A stretch of 64,000 bases of DNA, from assembly GCA_003163855.1 (NCBI GenBank), contig PLRJ01000087.1:177296-241295 (forward strand), written 5' to 3'. This document shows positions 53,878 to 63,369 of the stretch, piece by piece. The notes beneath the pieces are model-generated. The model was not told the origin of the DNA and did not search any database. It worked only from the letters and a program-made list of their open reading frames with translations. Source of the DNA: Bryobacterales bacterium. GTDB lineage: Bacteria; Acidobacteriota; Terriglobia; Bryobacterales; Bryobacteraceae. The stretch's first letter is position 1. Every line of letters starts with the position of its first letter. The position numbers were made by a program, and so were the translations under genes.

Positions 53878-56800
53878 CCATTGGATTCAAAGATGGGGAA
53901 CTGACCGATGCCCTGCCCTGCAGGATGGCGTAGATGGACGGCAGGATGGTTAGTGTTGTAAACGTAGAAAAGAGTAAACCTCCGATTACAGCGCGCCCGA
54001 GCGGCGCGGATTGCGCACCTCCCTCTCCGAAGCCGATGGCCATTGGCAACATGCCAGCAATCATGGCCATCGCTGTCATTAATACTGCGCGCAAACGCCA
54101 GCCGGCCCCTTCGAGAACCGCATCCAGAACAGTCTTTCCATCGCGTCGTGCGCGCTCGGAAAAAGTCACCAGCAGAATTGAGTTCGCAACAGCTATGCCT
54201 ATCGCCATAATGGCGCCCATGAACGATTGTGCATTTAGACTTGTACCGGTAAGCAGCAGCACGATCAGCACACCGCACAGAACCGCCGGTATAGTTAACA
54301 CGATGGCAAAAGCCAGCCGCATGGACTGGAAGTTCGCGGTCAAAAGCAGCAGAATCACTGCAATGGCGAGCAGCAAGCCCGTCCGCAAGCTCTTCAACGT
54401 TTGTTCTAAGGGGGGCAGTTCGCCGCGAAGCTTGACGCTAAGGCCCCTTGGAGGATCCCCTGCCGCTGCAATCGCCCGATTTAGAGTTTGCGCGGCTTCC
54501 CCAAGCGTGATGTCGTGTAAATTCGCCGTGAGGCTGACCACATGCTGCCCGTTGTAGCGCTCAATCAGCCCTGGCATGGTGCCTAATTTCATTACGGCTA
54601 CGTCGATGAGACGGGCATCGTTTGCGCCTGACTCCATGACTGGCACATTGCCTACACTTTCCACACTCTGAAGCAGGTTTTGCGGCAACTGCACCTGAAT
54701 CTGGAAAGCATTGCCGCTCGTTGGATCGCGCCAATAATTTGGTTGGGTAAATCTGGAGGAAGAAGTAGCCGGAACGACCGACCTCACCACATCCGCCATC
54801 GTTAAACCAAACTGGCCGGCTCGATCCCGGTCAATATTGATATCGAGGGTGGGAAAATCGGAGGCTTGAGCCAACTGTAAATCGCGCAGGAAAGGCAGGT
54901 GAGTCAGTTGCTCGCGGACCTTACGGGCGAAGGCGTAGTCGTCGGTCAGACTGATTCCCTGAATCGCGACTTCAATGGGAGTTGGTGAGCCGAAACTCAT
55001 TACCTGCGACACTATGTCGGCGGCTTCAAAAGATATTTGCACTCCGGGTATTTTGTTCGCCAACTGGGCTCGCATTTTCTCTCGCAACGCCTCGCCGCGC
55101 GCAACTGAGGGCTTTAACGCCACTTGAATAATAGCCTCTTGCGGTCCACTGGTGAATAGATGGATGAGGTCAACCGGGTAGCTGGATGGCACCACTCCGA
55201 GAAAATCGCTGGTAATCTCGATATTGTCCGGCCCGACTGATTCCTTAATAACATCTAGTGCCCGGAGAACAATGCGTTCGGTTTCCTCGACGCGTGTTCC
55301 CGTGGGCGCTTTCAAACGAAGACGCATAAGCGGCGCATTGGCATCGGGAAAGATCTCGGTGCCGAGCCGCGGCAGCAGAAGCGCAATGAGTGCCACTGAG
55401 ACAACCAGGTAGCCAACGGCCAACGGCCAGCGAATCTTCAACGTTCCGGTTAGATAGCGCTGGTAGAACGAACGCAATTTCGCCGACATGTCGACTCCTT
55501 CATGCTTCTCCTTCATCAGCCATATGGAGAAGACGGGGACCAGACTGCTGGATAAAACGTAAGAGGCGATCATCGAGAACGCCACAGCCAGCGACAGGGG
55601 AATGAACAATTGACGCCCCGCACCCACCATGAAGAACGCGGGCACGAATACAGCAAGAATGCAGAACATGGAAAACAGCCGTGCCGTTGCTGTTCTCCGG
55701 CAGGCCTCCACTACCGCCCTAGCTTTGGAAATTCCAAGGCGCATCTGGCTGTGAATGTTTTCTACTTCCACCGTCGACTCATCAACCAGGACACCGACGG
55801 CTAACGCCAGTCCTCCGAGTGTCATGATGTTGATGGTTTGGCCGGTCAGCCACAGCAGCACCACCGCGCTGAACAAGGCGAATGGAATATTAATCACCAC
55901 GATGAAGGCGCTGCGCCAGTCACGGAGAAAAATCAGAACCATCAACCCGCTGAGCACGGCGCCCAGCAAGCCTTCCGTTATCAGTCCTCGGATTGAGTTG
56001 CTTACGAAGGGCGATTGATCGAATTCAAGACGGATATCGACTCCATCCGGGACAACTTTCTTGAAGCCAGGCAGGGCGGCCTTAACGGCTTCGATGACTG
56101 CCAGCGTCGAAGCGTCGGCGCGCTTTGTCACTGGGATGTAAACAGTTCGCTTGCCGTTCACATGCGCGTAGGCCGTTATCAAGTCAGTGCCGTTTTCGAT
56201 AGTGGCAATGTCTCTCAAATAAACACCGATGCCAGGGCCGGGACGTATCGGCGTGCTTAATAACTCCGAGAGATTGCCGCCCAATGCCGAGTTTGTTCGA
56301 GCAATGCGTTCGAGCGTTCCGGTCCACATGTTGCCGGAGGGCATCACCAGCGTGGCTTTACTCACGGCGGCAATGGCTTCATCCGGCGAGATGCGATATT
56401 GCTGCAACTTGCCCGGATTTAGCGTGATGACTATCGTCCTTTGATTTCCTCCGAAAGGCGGCGGCGCCGAAACGCCCGGCAGGGTAGAGAATAAGGGCCG
56501 TACACGATTAATGGCAAAGTCCTGCAACTCGCCCTGGGTATGGGTGGGGCTGCTGAAGACCAGTTGCCCTACGGCTACGCTTCCCGCGTCGAAGCGCGTA
56601 ATGAAGGGCGGCACGGCTCCAGGGGGCATGAAGGCGCGCGCCCGATTGACGTAGCCAACTGTTTCCGCCATGGCCTGGCTCATGTTCGTACCTTCATGAA
56701 AGACAAGTTTCATCAGGGCCGCGCCTTGAATGCTCTTACTCTCCACGTGATCAATGCCGTTGATATAGAGGAAGTGATACTCGTAGTAATAAGTCAGATA

Positions 56801-56983
56801 GCCTTCCATTTGTGCGGGATCCATACCGCCATAGGGCTGGGCCACGTAGATGGCCGGATCTCCCACCTGCGGAAAGATATCCACTGGCATACGCTGAACC
56901 GCCAGCCAAGCGGCTAGAGCGACCGCGATAAGGGCGATGATGACCGTGAATGGCCGGGACAAAGCTGCGAAGACTAAGCGCAT
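53846..56983 (-). CDS. RND efflux transporter permease (AcrB/CzcA superfamily)
   Basis: 1045 aa, with 12 TM helices in two pseudo-repeats and large periplasmic loops. Family-typical N-terminus (MRLVFAALSRPFTVIIALIAVAL...) and TM4 region (VGVLVDESTVEVENI). Confidence 0.9.
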   Translation of the reverse strand: MRLVFAALSRPFTVIIALIAVALAAWLAVQRMPVDIFPQVGDPAIYVAQPYGGMDPAQMEGYLTYYYEYHFLYINGIDHVESKSIQGAALMKLVFHEGTNMSQAMAETVGYVNRARAFMPPGAVPPFITRFDAGSVAVGQLVFSSPTHTQGELQDFAINRVRPLFSTLPGVSAPPPFGGNQRTIVITLNPGKLQQYRISPDEAIAAVSKATLVMPSGNMWTGTLERIARTNSALGGNLSELLSTPIRPGPGIGVYLRDIATIENGTDLITAYAHVNGKRTVYIPVTKRADASTLAVIEAVKAALPGFKKVVPDGVDIRLEFDQSPFVSNSIRGLITEGLLGAVLSGLMVLIFLRDWRSAFIVVINIPFALFSAVVLLWLTGQTINIMTLGGLALAVGVLVDESTVEVENIHSQMRLGISKARAVVEACRRTATARLFSMFCILAVFVPAFFMVGAGRQLFIPLSLAVAFSMIASYVLSSSLVPVFSIWLMKEKHEGVDMSAKLRSFYQRYLTGTLKIRWPLAVGYLVVSVALIALLLPRLGTEIFPDANAPLMRLRLKAPTGTRVEETERIVLRALDVIKESVGPDNIEITSDFLGVVPSSYPVDLIHLFTSGPQEAIIQVALKPSVARGEALREKMRAQLANKIPGVQISFEAADIVSQVMSFGSPTPIEVAIQGISLTDDYAFARKVREQLTHLPFLRDLQLAQASDFPTLDINIDRDRAGQFGLTMADVVRSVVPATSSSRFTQPNYWRDPTSGNAFQIQVQLPQNLLQSVESVGNVPVMESGANDARLIDVAVMKLGTMPGLIERYNGQHVVSLTANLHDITLGEAAQTLNRAIAAAGDPPRGLSVKLRGELPPLEQTLKSLRTGLLLAIAVILLLLTANFQSMRLAFAIVLTIPAVLCGVLIVLLLTGTSLNAQSFMGAIMAIGIAVANSILLVTFSERARRDGKTVLDAVLEGAGWRLRAVLMTAMAMIAGMLPMAIGFGEGGAQSAPLGRAVIGGLLFSTFTTLTILPSIYAILQGRASVSSPSLNPMDEGSRYYEAI

Positions 56984-57001
56984 TTCGTTTTCTCTTTCGG
57001 C

Positions 57002-58402
57002 CTAAGGAGTGGCACTCGCCACGAAGGGTTTTATATCGCCAGAGGCCGTTGCAATTCCAAGCAAGCCGCGCCAGACATTCAGGCGCGCCAAAGCATCATC
57101 TATCTCGGCTTGCGTAAGTAATCGTTGCGCCTGGGCTACGTCGTCAATGATGCCCAGTCCAGCCTGATAGCGCGCGGTAGCTTGTGTAGTGGCCATCCGA
57201 GCGGCTGAAACTTGTACCGGCGTATTGCCTGCGATCAGGCGAGCACTATTCCAGACTGCGACGGCGCGGTTCCATTGCGCTTTTAGTTCAAGGGCAATCT
57301 GCTGCGCTCGCGCTTTCTCGCTGCGGATGGCTGCATTCTGCGCTGCCTCACGCGCCCGCAACGACGCAAAGTCCATAATCGGAAACGTGGCCGTGAAGCC
57401 GAGGGCGTAATCCTGGGTAGTGGGCGCGAGCCCGTTCAGACCTCCCAAACGCGCGCCATCCGTCTCAGCGCCGGTGCCGCGCGCGTAGGCCGCACCTTGT
57501 AGATAGAAGCGCGGGAAGTAGGAGCGCTCTAACGTCCGGAGTTGCGCCAGAGCCTGTTCTACGATGGCGCTTTGCTCCATCGCTATTGGATTGAGGTCCG
57601 CATTCAACGGAGCGGCCGTTTGTTCAGCCGGCAACTGGATCAGGCTTTTGTTGGCTATCTGAATTTGCGAGGGGTCCAACAAAGTGAATTGCGCCAGCGT
57701 CGCCTTGGCCACTTCAGTCGCTTGCTGCGCCTGGATTAGTTGAGTCTTCGCTGCCGCTAATTCGGCTTCGGCGCGCGACTCATCTGCGCCAGGACGAAGC
57801 TGCGCCTTCACTTGGGCGGCAATTGTACGCGTTATGGTGGTTGCTCGATCCACTCCCGCCTGGGCTGCTTTTACCGTTTCGGCAGCGGCCACGAGAGTGA
57901 GATAAGCATCGGCAGCAGCGGCGGCTACATCGAACTGGCTGCGCTTAACCGCTGCGTCGGCCCGTGCTTTGGTTGCACCGGCGGCGCTAACAGAAGCGCT
58001 GCGCAGACCAAAATCGAATGGCTCCCACGTCACCAGGACGCCCACGGCGCTTCCCCAGACCGATCCCGGATTGTTCGACCCAATCACCGGTCCGGACATG
58101 GGCGGTATAACGCTCTGCGGCAACAACACCCCGAAGACGTTATTGCGGGTGGCGCGATTGACCTGGGCAAGAGCATCGACTCTAGGCAAGTAGGCGGTGC
58201 GTGCGAGATCAATGCCCGCCGCCGTTGCGTTCATCTGTTCCTGCGAAATTCTAATGGAGGGATAATTCCTGATGGCCAACTCGACGGCCTGTGCCAGCGT
58301 TACAGTTTGCTGCGCCACAAGCTGCTGCGCGAAAAGCAAGCCGGTTATCATCCATTTATGCTTTTTCGACGCGTAACCGGTCTGTGACAATTTCCCACTC
58401 AT
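57002..58402 (-). CDS. TolC-family outer-membrane efflux protein
   Basis: Two repeats of the OEP pattern: LTLAQAVELAIRNYPSIR..., long Ala/Gln-rich helices and tandem beta/alpha repeats. Lies 18 nt upstream of the RND gene. Confidence 0.85.
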   Translation of the reverse strand: MSGKLSQTGYASKKHKWMITGLLFAQQLVAQQTVTLAQAVELAIRNYPSIRISQEQMNATAAGIDLARTAYLPRVDALAQVNRATRNNVFGVLLPQSVIPPMSGPVIGSNNPGSVWGSAVGVLVTWEPFDFGLRSASVSAAGATKARADAAVKRSQFDVAAAAADAYLTLVAAAETVKAAQAGVDRATTITRTIAAQVKAQLRPGADESRAEAELAAAKTQLIQAQQATEVAKATLAQFTLLDPSQIQIANKSLIQLPAEQTAAPLNADLNPIAMEQSAIVEQALAQLRTLERSYFPRFYLQGAAYARGTGAETDGARLGGLNGLAPTTQDYALGFTATFPIMDFASLRAREAAQNAAIRSEKARAQQIALELKAQWNRAVAVWNSARLIAGNTPVQVSAARMATTQATARYQAGLGIIDDVAQAQRLLTQAEIDDALARLNVWRGLLGIATASGDIKPFVASATP

Positions 58403-58446
58403 TTGCTTTTGCTGTTACCGCGAACAGTTAAGAATACAATCAAGCT

Positions 58447-59334
58447 ATGCAGCGAGCGAAATGGCAGTTGAATGCGGCCGCCATAGGGGCAGTACTTCTA
58501 GGCATCATATTCCTGGTTTCCGGCGGTTGGAAAGTGCTCCAGCCTTTTAAGACGGGCGAGCTACTAGAACAGGCGCAGGTGCCAGCCGGTTTTGGCGTCT
58601 TAGGGGCAGCGACCTTAGGAACCATTGAGTTGTTGACCGCGTTCCTTTTGTTTGTGCCGCGCTATCGGCGCTGGGGTGGAATGCTGGGTTCGGCGTTGCT
58701 CATTTTCTTCATCGGCTGGATCGGGTTTTACTATCACACGCTGGCGGGGCGCGAATGCAGTTGCTTTCCTTTGATCAAACGAACTATTGGACCCATGTTC
58801 TTTGTGAGCGATGGCGTCATGCTGCTGCTGGGCGCGGCGGCTTGGGCGTGGTCAAAAAGCGTGGGTAGTTTCAAAGTACCGTTAACAGCTCTCGCCGCCT
58901 TAACGCTGCTGGCGGGTACAAGCTACGCGGTGAACAAGGCTGAACTGGCGCATGTGCAGGTGCCGAATCCAGTTATTGTGGACGGCCAACCCGCCGATCT
59001 GACGCGTGGCAAAGTGTTCCTGTTTTTCTACGACCCGTCGTGCATGCACTGCGATGCCGCCGCGCGCTTTATGGCAGGTTTCGATTGGAACGATACGCGC
59101 GTGGTCTCTATTCCCACGATCAACCCTCAGTGGGCGGCTAGTTTTCTTCGCGACACGCATCTGAAAGCGCAAACCAGCCTTGAAGTGGACAAATTGAAGA
59201 AGGCATTTCCCTTCGTCGATCCGCCGTATGGGGTTGTACTTGAAGATGGAGTGGTGAAGCAAACATTCGGTCAGGCGAAGTTTAACGCTCCGTCGCCCAA
59301 GGCCGAGTTTCAGCGGCTGGGAATTATTAAGTAG
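58447..59334 (+). CDS. MauE/DoxX-like membrane domain fused to a thioredoxin-like (CxxC) periplasmic domain
   Basis: Four TM helices (…LLGIIFLVSGGWKVLQP…, …ECSCFP…). The C-terminal part has FLFFYDPSCMHCDAAA. Confidence 0.65.
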   Translation: MQRAKWQLNAAAIGAVLLGIIFLVSGGWKVLQPFKTGELLEQAQVPAGFGVLGAATLGTIELLTAFLLFVPRYRRWGGMLGSALLIFFIGWIGFYYHTLAGRECSCFPLIKRTIGPMFFVSDGVMLLLGAAAWAWSKSVGSFKVPLTALAALTLLAGTSYAVNKAELAHVQVPNPVIVDGQPADLTRGKVFLFFYDPSCMHCDAAARFMAGFDWNDTRVVSIPTINPQWAASFLRDTHLKAQTSLEVDKLKKAFPFVDPPYGVVLEDGVVKQTFGQAKFNAPSPKAEFQRLGIIK

Positions 59335-59342
59335 CGGGAAGG

Positions 59343-59382
59343 TTGCACCCTGAGCCGTTAGTATTTCGGGCCCAGGGTGCAA
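59343..59382. terminator. Bidirectional terminator-like hairpin between convergent genes
   Basis: 10-bp stem, TTGCACCCTG (59343-59352) pairing with CAGGGTGCAA (59373-59382), and a 20-nt loop. Followed by GTTTG. Confidence 0.55.
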
Positions 59383-59399
59383 GTTTGTGCAGGCGGAGT

Positions 59400-61022
59400 T
59401 TAGCGGGCCGGTGCAGTCAACGGCATTGCCATCGGTTGCGCACTGGCGGTGGGCGGAGTGCCGATCTTAACGCCGATTACTTCTCCCGAGATGACAAGCT
59501 CAACGCGGCGGTTTAGCTTGCGGCCGGCAGCCGTGTCGTTTGGAGCCACGGGATAGTTCATGCCGTATCCAACAGCGGTCATCGACTGAGGATTAAGACC
59601 TTCTGCCGCCAGGAAATCACGGACAGTGTTGGCTCGTTCTTCAGATAGTTTCTGGTTGAACTCCGGAGTTCCGGTGCTGTCGGTGTATCCTTCCACCTGC
59701 AGGTTCAAGCCTGGATGCGAAATCACGATTCCCGAAATCTTGGCCAAGGCTTCGCGGGCTGGCTCTTTTAACGTGTATTTGCCGGTGTCAAACAAAACAT
59801 CCTGCATGTTCACCACTAAACCACGCGGCGTTTCCGTGGTGGGAAGAACAGCGTTGAACTGCTGCAGCAACTGAGCGCGCAACTTCTCTTTATCCATCTC
59901 AGCCGCCTGCCGTAAGCGATCCGCTTCAGCAGCAGCCTGTTGGGCCTTTAGAGCTTGGGCAGCAGCTTCGGCTCGCGCCGCATCTGCTTCCTGGCGCGCC
60001 TGGTCCGCCTGTGCCTTCTGTTCAGCCGAAATACGAGCTTGTTCCTGCGCCTGACGAGCCAAAGCATCGGCCTGAGCGCGTTGCTGCGCCTGCGCCTGCG
60101 CTTCAGCTTGAGAAGCCGCTACTTTCGCCGCCGCTACTTCGCGTTCATGCTCAAGGGCTAACTTCTGCTGCGTGCGAAGGGAAATGGTGCGCGCGTCTTC
60201 CGCCTTCTGCACCGCCTCTTTTGCGGTCATAATCGCAGGATTGTACTGTTTTCGATCCTCATAATCCTGCGCCTGCCGCAGCAGTTTAGAGGCATCCGTA
60301 TAGGTGTCGCCGGCAAACTGATCGGCCTTAGCGTACTGTGCAATCTGGACGGCGTTTATGGCTTCGTACAGTTCGAGCGGGCTCTTTTTGTTGGCATTTA
60401 AGCCGATCGGCTTAATTTGGCTTTCCGGCACGTGATACTCATATTGACCGCGCGGAAGAAGCTGGTAATTGGCATTGACCACTTCCTGCTTGCCAACCGT
60501 GTCGTTACGCAGGACATTTTCCATCACCACGGCGTCACTTGGTTCCGGCACAGCGTAGTAGGGTTCGGCGGTTACGATCAGTCCAAAGGCCTGCAGATCC
60601 GTTGTGACATCTGCTTTGAAGTTTCCATCCGAATTCACCACCACTTCACCCAGATTGGCAGAGTGACCCTCAGGCGTGATGGCCCAGAGTACGTAAGTCA
60701 GGTACAGGGGTCCAAACTGGCGGGCAGCCGGCAAACCTTTTATGTCGACCTTGATTTCCATGTGGCCCAACCGGCTATTGATGTCAGCGGTGCCTTTTGC
60801 GGCCGGAGCCAGCGAGGTGCCCTGAAAGTCGATCTTGGTCCAGCCGGAGCGATTGCGATAACTGACGGCGGCGATGCTACGGGACACCACTTGCACGCGA
60901 AAAATAGGATTTGCGCCCGACTGCGTATCGGCGGGCTGCGGAGTATTTTGAAGCGGATTCTGGTTCTGTGCCAACAGGGTAAGCGGCAAGAACATGTACA
61001 GCGCGATTTTAAACAGTCTCAT
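59400..61022 (-). CDS. OmpA-family protein with an N-terminal beta domain, a DUF4398-like helical region, a long Gln/Ala-rich coiled coil and a C-terminal OmpA/MotB peptidoglycan-binding domain
   Basis: Signal peptide. C-terminus LQVEGYTDSTGTPEFNQKLSEERANTVRDFL...GRKLNRRVELVI. Confidence 0.85.
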   Translation of the reverse strand: MRLFKIALYMFLPLTLLAQNQNPLQNTPQPADTQSGANPIFRVQVVSRSIAAVSYRNRSGWTKIDFQGTSLAPAAKGTADINSRLGHMEIKVDIKGLPAARQFGPLYLTYVLWAITPEGHSANLGEVVVNSDGNFKADVTTDLQAFGLIVTAEPYYAVPEPSDAVVMENVLRNDTVGKQEVVNANYQLLPRGQYEYHVPESQIKPIGLNANKKSPLELYEAINAVQIAQYAKADQFAGDTYTDASKLLRQAQDYEDRKQYNPAIMTAKEAVQKAEDARTISLRTQQKLALEHEREVAAAKVAASQAEAQAQAQQRAQADALARQAQEQARISAEQKAQADQARQEADAARAEAAAQALKAQQAAAEADRLRQAAEMDKEKLRAQLLQQFNAVLPTTETPRGLVVNMQDVLFDTGKYTLKEPAREALAKISGIVISHPGLNLQVEGYTDSTGTPEFNQKLSEERANTVRDFLAAEGLNPQSMTAVGYGMNYPVAPNDTAAGRKLNRRVELVISGEVIGVKIGTPPTASAQPMAMPLTAPAR

Positions 61023-61172
61023 ATCACGTTAGTGAGATGCACTCTGGAGGCCAAACCGCAGATGTTGCAAATACTGGTGGTTAGCCGGCCATTAGCCTGT
61101 AGATTTTACGGCAGATGGGAGCAAAACTACGTGCTATACAGCTTTCGGACGCAATCTGTAAAATCAGGTATA

Positions 61173-62450
61173 GTGACATCGCAGCCGACTAATGTTGTAG
61201 ACGTGCCGGCCGCTAAGCGCCGATCTTCGCCGCTGCTGCCCATTTTCCTGATTGTCGCGGTCGACATTCTCGGCTTCACCATCATTCTCCCGCTACTTCC
61301 GTTTTACTCAGAGCGGCTCGGTGCCTCGCCGGCCGTCGTGGGAACTATCGTTTCCATCTATGCTTTCTTTCAGCTCATTGCCGGTCCTATTCTGGGGCAG
61401 CTTTCCGATCGGTTCGGAAGACGACCCATTCTACTCATCAGCCAACTGGGTACTTTCGTCGGGTTCATTGTTCTGGCCTTCTCCAGTCAGCTATGGATGG
61501 TGTTTCTGGCGCGCGCGCTGGACGGCGCGACGGCGGGTAACCTGACCACGGCGCAGGCGTATATCAGCGACGTCACCAAGCCGGAAGACCGCGCCAAATC
61601 ATTCGCCATTATTGGCGTTGCTTTCGGCATGGGCTTTCTGTTGGGTCCAGCGATAGCGGGCTTCCTGGCGCGCTGGGGCTATCAAGCTCCCATCCTTGCA
61701 GCTTGCTGCCTTTCCTTTACCAGCATCCTGTGCACATTCTTTCTCTTGCCGCGCCGTGAAATCGTACACGAACAAAACGCCAGCCAAGGGGAAAGCGGAC
61801 CCGGCGGCAAAAGGCTTTCGCTCTTTTCGTGGGGCGAATACCGCCGCTATTTTAAGAACGCGGCCCTAGCCAGGCTGCTGGTGCGATGGGCACTGTTCGC
61901 TATGTCCTTCGCCACGTTTATGTCGGGATTCGCGCTATTTGCGGAACGCAAATACACCTGGAATGGCCATCGTTTCGGCGCGCATGAAATTGGATATGTT
62001 TTCGCCTTTTTCGGCTTTATAGGCATCATTATGCAAGGAGGCCTGGTGGGGCGAATGGTCAAGTGGCTGGGCGAGGAACGGGTGGTAATGCTTGGTTTCC
62101 TTGGGCCGTTCGTCAGTTACGTGGCGCTTGGCTTCACGCACACCGTAGGCCAAATGCTTGGTGTGCTGGCTTTAGGATCGATCGTCGGTGCAGGCATCCG
62201 GCCGGCTCTGACCAGCCAGATTACGCAAAGCGCCGGACGGCGCGAGCAAGGCGTCATCATTGGGCTGACACAATCAATCATGTCTATTGCGCAGATAGTC
62301 GCGCCGATTGTAGGCGGCCTGCTGATACAAAAGAACTGGCTGGCCCAATGGGCGATCTGGGCGGGACTTCTATCCGGCCTGGCGTTGTTTGTTCGCAACG
62401 GCGCCAAACCCTTAACTCCAACAGCGGCGCCAGAGACGGCTGTGCCCTAG
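61173..62450 (+). CDS. MFS efflux transporter (TetA/DHA1-like)
   Basis: LPIFLIVAVDILGFTIILPLLPFY, and the motif-A-like GQLSDRFGRRPILLIS. The listed ORF from 60417 is antisense to ompA up to 61022. I prefer the start at GTG 61173 (19 residues before TM1). ATG 61062 is the alternative. Confidence 0.75.
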   Translation: MTSQPTNVVDVPAAKRRSSPLLPIFLIVAVDILGFTIILPLLPFYSERLGASPAVVGTIVSIYAFFQLIAGPILGQLSDRFGRRPILLISQLGTFVGFIVLAFSSQLWMVFLARALDGATAGNLTTAQAYISDVTKPEDRAKSFAIIGVAFGMGFLLGPAIAGFLARWGYQAPILAACCLSFTSILCTFFLLPRREIVHEQNASQGESGPGGKRLSLFSWGEYRRYFKNAALARLLVRWALFAMSFATFMSGFALFAERKYTWNGHRFGAHEIGYVFAFFGFIGIIMQGGLVGRMVKWLGEERVVMLGFLGPFVSYVALGFTHTVGQMLGVLALGSIVGAGIRPALTSQITQSAGRREQGVIIGLTQSIMSIAQIVAPIVGGLLIQKNWLAQWAIWAGLLSGLALFVRNGAKPLTPTAAPETAVP

Positions 62451-62466
62451 GTTTAAGGTTAAGGCG

Positions 62467-63369
62467 ATGCATCCACTCAAACCGCGCGTGCATGAGTGGA
62501 TGCTGCTCGCCTTTTTTGCCTACAACGTTCTGCTCTCTCCGTTTTTTCCCAACCGTTTTTTGTTCATCCGAACCTTGTGGATTCTCCTGATAACGTCAGG
62601 TGGACTTTATGTGATTCTGCGGCTGGAACAAGGTGTGCTGGCGCGCGGCATGCGAATCATTCGCGATTGGCTTCCCATCCTGTTGGTGGTGGTGGCGTTC
62701 CGCGAGATGAATTATTTCGCTCCAACTACCGCTTCCGGTTACGATCTGTTACGCGAGGTTTCGTGGGTGCGGCTCGACTGGATTCTGCTGGATGGCTTGA
62801 AGCTGCGAGAACTGATTGAGTCGCTTGGGCCGGTGATTCCGCTGTATCTTGAGTTCTGTTACCTGCTGGTTTACGGGGTGGCTCTCTACTGCGTTGCGGC
62901 GCTGGGCGACAAGGCGGGACGGCGCGCGGTGAACCGGTTCTGGACCATTTACCTGGTGGGCACGTTGGGAGCTTATGCCTTCTTTCCCTTTTTTCCCACG
63001 CAGCCGCCACGGCTGGCATTCCCCGACATTTCAGCGCCAACCGTCGTCACCTGGTTGCGGGAACTGAATGAGTTTGTATTAGGCGAAACAACAATACATA
63101 CCTCGGTATTTCCCAGCGCCCATGTATCGTCCGTCTTTGCAAGCGCGTTTGCGATGCTGCTGCTGATGCCTAAAGGGCGGCGCGATGGCTGGGTGCTGCT
63201 TTTTTACGCCGCCAGCGTGGCGATCGCCACCGTCTACGGGCGCTATCACTATGCGGTGGATGTGCTCGCCGGATTCGCCGTCAGCCTCGCGGCGGGCGCA
63301 CTGTGTGTTGTCTACCTTGCTCAGGACGCGCGCCAGGCACGGCCAGAGGCTGTGGCTACGGTCGGCTAG
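62467..63369 (+). CDS. PAP2-superfamily (PAP2_C / sphingolipid-synthase-like) integral membrane protein
   Basis: Six TM helices. C2-like FPSAHVS and C3-like YGRYHYAVDVLAG motifs. No clear C1 KxxxxxxRP motif. Confidence 0.55.
   Translation: MHPLKPRVHEWMLLAFFAYNVLLSPFFPNRFLFIRTLWILLITSGGLYVILRLEQGVLARGMRIIRDWLPILLVVVAFREMNYFAPTTASGYDLLREVSWVRLDWILLDGLKLRELIESLGPVIPLYLEFCYLLVYGVALYCVAALGDKAGRRAVNRFWTIYLVGTLGAYAFFPFFPTQPPRLAFPDISAPTVVTWLRELNEFVLGETTIHTSVFPSAHVSSVFASAFAMLLLMPKGRRDGWVLLFYAASVAIATVYGRYHYAVDVLAGFAVSLAAGALCVVYLAQDARQARPEAVATVG

Noticed and set aside
60417-61061. The 5' part of the 677-aa plus-strand ORF listed as 60417-62450
   Set aside because: It runs antisense to the well-supported OmpA-family gene (59400-61022) and its product has no membrane-protein character. 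The MFS homology only begins near residue 255. A real start at GTG 61173 or ATG 61062 is much more plausible.
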